Shown here piece by piece: positions 53,100 through 59,972 of a stretch of DNA of 59,972 nt; the stretch's first letter is position 1; every line of letters starts with the position of its first letter. Where the stretch lies: the NCBI GenBank assembly GCA_007117885.1, contig SKFS01000153.1, positions 1 to 59,972 on the forward strand. Reading direction: 5' to 3'. The position numbers and the translations under genes are program-made. The notes beneath the pieces were generated by a model. That model was not told where the DNA came from, did no database searches, and worked only from the letters and a program-made list of their open reading frames with translations. The DNA is from Candidatus Izemoplasma sp. (GTDB taxonomy: Bacteria; Bacillota_I; Bacilli_A; Izemoplasmatales; Izemoplasmataceae).

Positions 53100-55721
53100 A
53101 TGAGATACATGACAGGACATGAAATTAAACACGTGTGGCTTAAGTTTTTTGAAGAACGTGGCCATAAGATTGAGGAAGGGGCGAGTTTAGTGCCGATTAA
53201 CGATCCAACTCTGCTTTGGATTAATGCCGGCGTAGCGCCTTTAAAAGGGTATTTCGATGGGTCGAAAATTCCTGAGAACCCGCGAATTGCCAATGCCCAA
53301 AAATGCATCCGTACAAATGATATTGAAAATGTAGGAAAAACCGCACGCCATCATACATTTTTTGAAATGTTAGGGAATTTTTCCATTGGTGATTATTTTA
53401 GAGATCAGGTCATTCCATGGGCTTATGAGTTGATGACGAGTGAAAACTATTATGGTTTTGATCCAAAAAGGCTTTATTACACTGTCTATCCAACAGATCA
53501 TGAGACGAAAGAAAAGTGGCTTTCTTTAGGTATTCCTAAAGAGCATATCATCGAAAGTGAACACAATTTTTGGGAAATTGGTCCTGGGCCATGTGGCCCC
53601 TGCACAGAGATTTTTTACGATCGCGGTTCAGCGTTTGGCGAAGGCGATATCACATTGATTCGTGACGACATTGAAAACGACCGTTATATTGAAGTTTGGA
53701 ATATTGTCTTCTCACAGTATAATGCGAAAGAACACCTTTCACGTGACGCCTACCCTGAGTTGCCGAGTAAAAACATTGACACCGGTATGGGATTAGAACG
53801 CATGGCGTGTGTGATCCAAAACAAAGATACTAACTTCGAGACGGATTTATTTTTCCCGATTATAAAAGAAATTAGTAAAATTGCGCAAAAGCCGTATAAA
53901 GGTGAGATGTCTTTTAAAGTGATTGCCGATCACATTCGTACCGTAACGTTCGCGATTAGTGATGGCGCAACACTCTCCAATGAAGGACGAGGGTATGTTT
54001 TACGTCGTTTGCTTAGAAGAGCCATCAAACATGGCCGTTCGTTAGGCATTGAACGGGCGTTTATGAAAGAACTCGTCGAAACAGTGGTGTCGATGATGGT
54101 TGAGTCATATCCTTATTTAAAAAAGACAGAACCTTTTGTGAAGAAAGTCGTTGAGAAGGAAGAACTCAAGTTTTTAGAAACTTTGCATCAAGGTGAAAAA
54201 ATGCTTGATGGCATGCTTAAACGAAGCCGTCAAGTGTTAAGCGGAAAAGATGCCTTCATGCTTTATGATACATATGGCTTTCCCGTTGAACTGACGGAGG
54301 AGTACGCTGAGCAAAAAGGAGTTACTGTCGACAAAGAAGGTTTTAACGAAGAGATGCAAGCACAAAAAGAACGAGCTCGCTCAGCACGGAAAGCCGTCAG
54401 TTCGATGAAAGACCAAAACCAAGCGTACATGAACTTTAAAGAAAGTTCGACGTTTGTTGGCTATGATACGATGGTCAAATCATCGGAAATCATTCGTGTT
54501 TTTGATGAAGGCATTGTTACAAAGGAAACCCCCTTTTATGCTGAAAGTGGTGGACAAGTCTCTGATGAGGGATGGATTCATTTTGATGGCCAATCGTTTG
54601 AAGTCATCGACGTTGAAAAATTACCAAACGGCCAAACTTTACATGTCGTCGATACGGGACCATTCAATAAGGGTGATCGTGTCAATCTCGAAGTTGATGA
54701 AGCTAAGAGAAGAAACACAATGGCACATCATTCTGTGACGCATTTGCTGTACTTAGCACTGCGTGAAATACTAGGGGATCATGTTGGTCAACAAGGAAGT
54801 ATGGTGGGACCGGATTACTTACGTTTTGACTTTAACCATTTTGAGTTACCGACCGATAGCCAACTCCTCAGTATTGAAAAATCCGTCAACCAACGCATTC
54901 TACAAGCGATCCCGGTGACGATTGAGTACACAACCATTGAAGCGGCGAAAGCCAAAGGTGCCATCGCTGAGTTTGGTGAGAAGTACGAGAGTGAGGTACG
55001 CATGATCCAAATGGGAGAAACCTTGGATTTATGTGGTGGAACCCATGTCTCAAACACCTTAGAAATTGAGCGTTTTGCGATCGCAGGCGTTGAATCAAAA
55101 GGCTCTGGCATTTACCGAGTTACCGCGCTCGCAAAAGATCGTGTCCACGATATCGACGCGTTTTTAAAGGGCTTCAATGAAAGCATCAAAACACTGATTG
55201 ATAAAGCACAAACGACATTACAAGAAGCGCGAAAAGAAGGCTTTAGTTTGACGTTTAATCGGCCAGAAACAGAGAAAATTGAGGGTTCATATAAAGACGT
55301 TATGAATAAGCGGCGTTACTATACCACACTGCAAAAAGCGGTGAAAGCCCTCGACAAAAGCTATCAAGAAGCCAAAGAGAAAGCCTCACTTCAAGATATC
55401 AATAACTATCTTAAAAAGGCAAAAGATGGTAGAATAGTATTGAAGACCGAAGGGATCGATAGTAAAGCACTTAAAACGCTCGTGGATCGCTTAATGGACC
55501 ACTTAAAAACCGGGGTTGTTTTTGTCGCGAATAAAAGTGACGATAAGTTAATCCTCGTGGCAAAATCGACGACCGATGTCCATGCAGGAAACCTTGTTAA
55601 GGCTGCCGCTCAAAAAGCGTCAGGTAACGGTGGAGGTCGCCCGGATTTCGCGCAAGCAGGAGCAAAAGATGTCTCAAAAATTGATGAAGTTATCAGCTAT
55701 GTTGAAGAGGTTCTTTCGTGA
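53100..55721 (+). CDS. alaS: Alanine--tRNA ligase
   Basis: FFEERGH, the class II core, the editing-domain HSVTHLL...CGGTHV motif, and a C-terminal DHHA1 GGGRPDFAQAG. ATG at 53100 lies 5 nt after AAAGAGGTGA. The ORF-track ATG at 53079 lies in the T-box terminator tail. Confidence 0.93.
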   Translation: MRYMTGHEIKHVWLKFFEERGHKIEEGASLVPINDPTLLWINAGVAPLKGYFDGSKIPENPRIANAQKCIRTNDIENVGKTARHHTFFEMLGNFSIGDYFRDQVIPWAYELMTSENYYGFDPKRLYYTVYPTDHETKEKWLSLGIPKEHIIESEHNFWEIGPGPCGPCTEIFYDRGSAFGEGDITLIRDDIENDRYIEVWNIVFSQYNAKEHLSRDAYPELPSKNIDTGMGLERMACVIQNKDTNFETDLFFPIIKEISKIAQKPYKGEMSFKVIADHIRTVTFAISDGATLSNEGRGYVLRRLLRRAIKHGRSLGIERAFMKELVETVVSMMVESYPYLKKTEPFVKKVVEKEELKFLETLHQGEKMLDGMLKRSRQVLSGKDAFMLYDTYGFPVELTEEYAEQKGVTVDKEGFNEEMQAQKERARSARKAVSSMKDQNQAYMNFKESSTFVGYDTMVKSSEIIRVFDEGIVTKETPFYAESGGQVSDEGWIHFDGQSFEVIDVEKLPNGQTLHVVDTGPFNKGDRVNLEVDEAKRRNTMAHHSVTHLLYLALREILGDHVGQQGSMVGPDYLRFDFNHFELPTDSQLLSIEKSVNQRILQAIPVTIEYTTIEAAKAKGAIAEFGEKYESEVRMIQMGETLDLCGGTHVSNTLEIERFAIAGVESKGSGIYRVTALAKDRVHDIDAFLKGFNESIKTLIDKAQTTLQEARKEGFSLTFNRPETEKIEGSYKDVMNKRRYYTTLQKAVKALDKSYQEAKEKASLQDINNYLKKAKDGRIVLKTEGIDSKALKTLVDRLMDHLKTGVVFVANKSDDKLILVAKSTTDVHAGNLVKAAAQKASGNGGGRPDFAQAGAKDVSKIDEVISYVEEVLS

Positions 55722-56134
55722 AAATTTTGGGATTAGATTTAGGTACACGGACACTCGGTATCGCCATTAGTGATGTTACGCAAACACTGGCTCGTGGGAT
55801 TGATAATTTTCGCTATTTAGAAGGCGATGAAGCAGCCCCCTTAAAAAGAGTTCAAGAACTCACACAGAACGAAGCCATTGAGACAATTGTGTTAGGCTAT
55901 CCCAAAAACATGAATGGCACCATTGGTGTACAAGGCAAGCTAAGCGAACAATTCAAATTACGTTTAGAAGAAATCGTTAACATCCCTGTCGTCTTGTGGG
56001 ATGAACGGTTGAGCACACAACAAGCTTCACGCAATTTAATCGTCCGCAAAACCAAGAAATCACATCGTAAAAAACGTATCGATGAGGAAGCCGCAATCTT
56101 CATTTTGCAAAGCTACCTCGATGCGAAAAAATAA
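55718..56134 (+). CDS. ruvX: Holliday-junction-resolvase-like nuclease RuvX/YqgF
   Basis: MKILGLDLGTRTLGIAISD, and DERLST later in the sequence. GTGA overlap with the alaS stop. Confidence 0.9.
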   Translation: MKILGLDLGTRTLGIAISDVTQTLARGIDNFRYLEGDEAAPLKRVQELTQNEAIETIVLGYPKNMNGTIGVQGKLSEQFKLRLEEIVNIPVVLWDERLSTQQASRNLIVRKTKKSHRKKRIDEEAAIFILQSYLDAKK

Positions 56135-56149
56135 AAGGAGGCCATACTT

Positions 56150-56410
56150 ATGGTTGATAGAACATTACGTGTTGAAGATGAACAAGGCAACGAGTTTGAC
56201 TATGAAATCCTTTTTACCTTTAAGTCCGAGCAAACAAAAAAATCTTATGTCATCTACAAAGAACCTGGTGATAGCGAAGAAGTTTTTGCGGCCATTTACA
56301 ACGAAGAGGACGCCGACGGAGGAAAACTTGAACCTATTCGTACCGATGAAGAATGGGATATGATTGAAGCAAAACTAGAAGAATATTTAGATGAGCACGA
56401 AGAGTCGTAA
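56150..56410 (+). CDS. DUF1292-family protein (YrzB-like)
   Basis: 86-aa acidic protein (DEQGNEFDYEILFTF..YVIY), located after ruvX as in Bacillus. Confidence 0.75.
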   Translation: MVDRTLRVEDEQGNEFDYEILFTFKSEQTKKSYVIYKEPGDSEEVFAAIYNEEDADGGKLEPIRTDEEWDMIEAKLEEYLDEHEES

Positions 56411-57026
56411 AGATAGCTATTTAAGTGAACTTAACCTTAAGGAAACCAATCCCCTATTGGTTTCCTTAAGTCACTTAGCCACGCGTGAGAATATTCCCAT
56501 TATTCAACCCGAAGGGTTGGCTTTTTTAAGACAGATTATCCGTTTAAAAGCGATTCGGACCATTCTTGAAATTGGGACGGCGATCGGGTATAGTACCATC
56601 GCGATGGCGAGTGTTCATCCCGCCATTAGAATCGATTCAATCGAACGCAATCAAACGCTTTACGAAAAAGCGAAGGCGCATATAAGCGATTCTCCTTATG
56701 CTAAACAAATTCAACTATATTGCGCAGACGCGTTAGATTTTGCTGTGGCTGGCGAGCGCACGTATGATTTAATATTTATCGATGCTGCCAAGGCACAAAA
56801 TCAAAAACTCTTTGAGAAATACGAGAAACATTTACGAAACGACGGTGTTATGATCGTCGACAACTTGCTTTTTCACGATTTAGTCCATGACCGTCCAGAT
56901 TCTAGAAATCTTCGGGCTTTAGTACGAAAAATCGATGCGTTCAACCGTTATCTTATTGCCCGTGAAGATTTTGATACGACCATTTATCCTATCGGTGATG
57001 GGATGAGTTTAAGCATTAAGAGGTGA
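56391..57026 (+). CDS. trmR: Class I SAM-dependent O-methyltransferase, YrrM/TrmR-like (tRNA 5-hydroxyuridine methyltransferase family)
   Basis: ILEIGTAIGYSTIAMA SAM motif, DLIFIDAAK, and position upstream of two U32 genes. Confidence 0.75.
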   Translation: MSTKSRKDSYLSELNLKETNPLLVSLSHLATRENIPIIQPEGLAFLRQIIRLKAIRTILEIGTAIGYSTIAMASVHPAIRIDSIERNQTLYEKAKAHISDSPYAKQIQLYCADALDFAVAGERTYDLIFIDAAKAQNQKLFEKYEKHLRNDGVMIVDNLLFHDLVHDRPDSRNLRALVRKIDAFNRYLIAREDFDTTIYPIGDGMSLSIKR

Positions 57027-57030
57027 GACC

Positions 57031-57915
57031 ATGAAAATTGCAGCGACATTAACTAATCCTGCATCCATCCAACCCTTAGTTGACGCGGGATGCGATATAT
57101 TTATTGTGGGGATTGATCATTTATCGCATCGAATGAACAAGACCTTTAGTTTAGAGGAATTTATCCCTTTAGCCGAAACCATCAAAGCGCATCATAAACA
57201 AGTGTACGTTAACCTTAATCGGATTGTTCATGATGAAGACCTAAACGCTTTGTCCACTGCGATGGCTGTGATGAAGGAACGCGACATCGAGGGGATTTTG
57301 TTTACCGATTTAGCGGTGTTTATGCTTGCTGAAAAAGTTCAGTTGACCGATCGCTTGATTTATGCGCCTGAGACCTATTCCACCCACTCTTATGATTTAG
57401 CTTTTTGGCAAGCTGAAAAGATTAAAGGTATTGTATTATCGCGTGAAGTCACGTTAACTGATATTGAAACCATCGCTCAGGATTCACCGTTGCCTATCTA
57501 TTTTTATGGCCACGGCTACTTGAATATGTTTCACTCTCGTAGGCCCTTGATTGAGAACTTCTTTAAGCATACAAATGACCGCAATCCAGAAGCGATGATT
57601 GATCGCCGGAATTTGACCATTGTTGAAGAAATTCGCGATGCCCATTATCCGATTTACCAGGATGAGTATGGTACGCATATATTTCGGGATAAACCAAGAG
57701 AGAGTTTCACTGTCTTTGAACAGCTGAAAAAAGCGCTTGATGTTTTAATTATCGATTCTGTTTTGATCGAAGAAGAAGCGTTTATTCAAGCGGTTGCGGA
57801 TTACCGTTCAGGATTAGATAAGCCACTAGACAACGCCATTATTGCGCGCTACCATCGGCAATATGATCAAGGCTTTTATTTTAAAAAGACACAGAGTACA
57901 AAGGGGGACACATGA
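57031..57915 (+). CDS. Peptidase U32-family protein (YrrN-like, tRNA ho5U synthesis family)
   Basis: U32-family layout. First of a tandem U32 pair following the O-methyltransferase gene, as in Bacillus yrrM-yrrN-yrrO. Confidence 0.75.
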   Translation: MKIAATLTNPASIQPLVDAGCDIFIVGIDHLSHRMNKTFSLEEFIPLAETIKAHHKQVYVNLNRIVHDEDLNALSTAMAVMKERDIEGILFTDLAVFMLAEKVQLTDRLIYAPETYSTHSYDLAFWQAEKIKGIVLSREVTLTDIETIAQDSPLPIYFYGHGYLNMFHSRRPLIENFFKHTNDRNPEAMIDRRNLTIVEEIRDAHYPIYQDEYGTHIFRDKPRESFTVFEQLKKALDVLIIDSVLIEEEAFIQAVADYRSGLDKPLDNAIIARYHRQYDQGFYFKKTQSTKGDT

Positions 57916-59108
57916 TGAAAAAACCCGAGTTACTTGCCCCAGCTGGCGATTTAGAAAAGTTAAAAATAGCCTTAATGTACGGTGCCGATGCGGTGTTTAT
58001 TGGCGGTAAAGAATTCTCATTGAGAGCACGGGCCTCAAATTTCGATATCGAAACAATTGAAGAAGCGACACGCTTTGCGCATGCGCTCAATAAGAAAGTC
58101 TATGTCACCACAAACATTATTCCTCATGAAGAAGATCTTGTTGATTTAGTACCCTACTTGAAAGCCTTGGAAAACGCCAATGTTGATGCGATCATTTGTG
58201 CCTCACCCAGCATTATTGCTGCCGCTAAAAAACATACTAAGCTAGCGATTCATGTTTCGACACAACAATCGATTACCAATGCTGAAGCAGTGAATTTTTG
58301 GCATCAGCGAGGCATTGAAAGAGTGGTCTTAGCGAGAGAACTCAATCTCACCGAACTCCGTACTTTGAAAAGCCATACAGAGGCTGAGCTTGAAGTGTTT
58401 ATTCACGGCGGAATGTGTGTTTCATATTCTGGTAAATGCACGTTATCAAACACCATGACCGATCGCGATGCAAATCGCGGAGGTTGCGCACATTCTTGTC
58501 GCTGGAACTATGAGCTTTTTGAAGATGAAACACCGATTGTGACCTCGATTCCCTTCTCGATGAGTTCTAAAGACTTACAAACAGTGAAATACATCTCTCA
58601 ACTGATTGATATGGGCATCGATTCTTTAAAAATAGAGGGTCGCATGAAGAGTGTGCATTACATTGCTACAGTAGTTCAAACTTACCGCCGTTTAATTGAT
58701 GATATTTGCGATGATTTAGACGTTGATTTACCGCAATACATTCTTGAAATTCGTAAAGCAGAAAACCGTTTAACTAGCCATGGATTTATGGCCGGAATGA
58801 CAACGACAGATGAACAACTGTATAATCTTAGAAGCGAACAACCAACCCAAAGTTTTATCGGTCTCGTGCTCGACTACAATGAAACGACACAAAAAGCACT
58901 GATCGAACAGCGCAACTATTTTGAAACCGGTGATTTAGTCGAAATCTTTAGTCCACGTTTTACACCAGTGAGTTTTAGAGTCGCGAATATCACGGATTGT
59001 GACCACCAAGAAATCACGGTTGCGCGGCATCCAAAACAACAATTATGGATTCCCCTTCCCTTTCCAGTGAAGCCGTATGATATGCTTCGCAAGGCCCAAC
59101 CAAAATAG
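57912..59108 (+). CDS. Peptidase U32-family protein (YrrO-like)
   Basis: KPELLAPAG N-terminus, the Cys cluster GGMCVSYSGKCTLS...GGCAHSCRW and the EGRMKS motif, all typical of U32. Confidence 0.8.
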   Translation: MMKKPELLAPAGDLEKLKIALMYGADAVFIGGKEFSLRARASNFDIETIEEATRFAHALNKKVYVTTNIIPHEEDLVDLVPYLKALENANVDAIICASPSIIAAAKKHTKLAIHVSTQQSITNAEAVNFWHQRGIERVVLARELNLTELRTLKSHTEAELEVFIHGGMCVSYSGKCTLSNTMTDRDANRGGCAHSCRWNYELFEDETPIVTSIPFSMSSKDLQTVKYISQLIDMGIDSLKIEGRMKSVHYIATVVQTYRRLIDDICDDLDVDLPQYILEIRKAENRLTSHGFMAGMTTTDEQLYNLRSEQPTQSFIGLVLDYNETTQKALIEQRNYFETGDLVEIFSPRFTPVSFRVANITDCDHQEITVARHPKQQLWIPLPFPVKPYDMLRKAQPK

Positions 59109-59169
59109 TTATTGTCTCAGCGTTGAAAACATGTTAAAATACCAATCATTAAGATTAAAGGAGAATACC

Positions 59170-59640
59170 ATGGAAAACAATCATAAATACAAGTTGACCC
59201 AATCGGGTATCGATAAATTACAAGAAGAACTCGAACATTTAAAAACTACACGTCGTGATGAAAACTTAAAAGCGTTAAAAGAAGCACGGGCTCAAGGCGA
59301 TTTAAGTGAAAACGCGGATTATGATGCAGCGCGTGAAGAACAAGCTCAAATCGAAAAACGGATTAAAGAACTTGAAAATATTTTAAAAAATGCTGAACTT
59401 ATTAAAGAAGATACGTCCAATAAAGTCAATATTGGCAAGCGTGTTTGGCTTGAAGTTAACGGTAGAAAAGTGACCGAGTATAATTTGGTGGGGACGTTAG
59501 AAGCCGACCCTTTGAACCATAAAATATCCAATGAGTCGCCGGTAGGGAAAGCCATCATCGGTCGTAAGAAAGGCGACAGTGTGACTTTTAAGACCGAACA
59601 AAATAAAGAAATTAAAGTTCACATTGTGGATGTCAAATAA
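59170..59640 (+). CDS. greA: Transcription elongation factor GreA
   Basis: LTQSGIDKLQEELEHLK.., GDLSENADYDAAREEQ acidic-tip motif, and ISNESPVGKAIIGRKKGD. ATG at 59170 follows AAGGAGA. Confidence 0.92.
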   Translation: MENNHKYKLTQSGIDKLQEELEHLKTTRRDENLKALKEARAQGDLSENADYDAAREEQAQIEKRIKELENILKNAELIKEDTSNKVNIGKRVWLEVNGRKVTEYNLVGTLEADPLNHKISNESPVGKAIIGRKKGDSVTFKTEQNKEIKVHIVDVK

Positions 59641-59664
59641 AGAATGCTCGTCATTCTTTTTTTC
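59639..59664 (+). terminator. Terminator after greA
   Basis: Stem aagaatg/cattctt followed by a T-run. Confidence 0.75.
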
Positions 59665-59682
59665 GTCTAAAGGAGTGAAACT

Positions 59683-59972
59683 ATGAGAATAGGCATTGTT
59701 TTTGCAATGAAAGAAGAACTCGCCGCCTTTAAAGCGCACTTTTCATCGATCGAAGAAAAAACTTTAGATGGCTTGGTTTTTTATCACGTTCACCATCAAA
59801 ACCACGATATCGTTTTTGTGCGTTCTGGCGTGGGTAAAGTTAATGCAGCCTACACCACTACAAAACTGATTGAGCACATTAAGCCAGATGTCATCTTCAA
59901 CTCTGGTGTGGCGGGTGGCATCGGTCAAGTCCATGAAGGGTTAGTTTTAGGACGTTCTATCGTCTATCATGA
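59683..59972 (+). CDS. mtnN: 5'-methylthioadenosine/S-adenosylhomocysteine nucleosidase, 3'-truncated at the window edge
   Basis: Not in the ORF track because it runs off the window end. ATG at 59683 after AAAGGAG. The translation MRIGIVFAMKEELAAF...FVRSGVGKVNAAYTTTKLI...NSGVAGG fits the Pfs/MtnN N-terminus. Confidence 0.8.
   Translation, partial: MRIGIVFAMKEELAAFKAHFSSIEEKTLDGLVFYHVHHQNHDIVFVRSGVGKVNAAYTTTKLIEHIKPDVIFNSGVAGGIGQVHEGLVLGRSIVYH

Noticed and set aside
1-59972. Looked for CRISPR arrays, transposases, integrases, phage genes, toxin-antitoxin pairs and restriction-modification or other defence genes across the whole window.
   Set aside because: None found. Every sizeable ORF has a housekeeping or ordinary accessory assignment. 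No regularly spaced direct repeats are visible, and no gap is large enough to hide an array. The window looks like core chromosome, not an island.

Overview
The window is almost entirely conserved core-genome sequence from a low-GC Bacillota-type organism. TGA acts as a stop codon (for example at the end of addB), so this is genetic code 11, not the Mycoplasma code. About 55 CDSs are tightly packed. They form several gene blocks whose order I recognise from Bacillus subtilis: rlmN..rsgA-rpe-thiN/rpmB/yloV-recG-plsX-rnc, dnaD-nth, ylbM-ylbN-rpmF-rsmH, trpS-pepF-spx, and recD2-alaS-ruvX-yrzB-yrrMNO-greA-mtnN. RNA features are one tRNA-Gly(UCC) and two T-box leaders (trpS and alaS), plus many hairpin terminators and extended -10 promoters. 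I see no transposase, integrase, prophage, CRISPR array, toxin-antitoxin pair or recognisable defence system. I cannot support a claim that a clear novel multi-gene system is present. The most consistent signal is that genes for peptidoglycan, cell division and fatty-acid synthesis are missing from otherwise intact syntenic blocks: prpC-prkC, mraZ/ftsL/pbp/mur, mltG, and fapR-fabD-fabG-acpP. This suggests a reduced, possibly wall-less, Acholeplasma-like or related lineage that scavenges fatty acids. The best accessory candidates are (a) a membrane-anchored EIIB-like protein without the catalytic Cys, encoded with HPr and YdbS/YdbT-type bPH proteins; (b) a divergent pair of a Cys-rich PAS-GGDEF cyclase and a photolyase/cryptochrome-related protein lacking the Fe-S cysteines; (c) a MocR regulator with Arg at the Schiff-base Lys position next to an orphan ECF S-component; and (d) an RNPP-like HTH-TPR regulator next to a MATE pump. 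All functional interpretations are inference from motifs read by eye. No searches were run.
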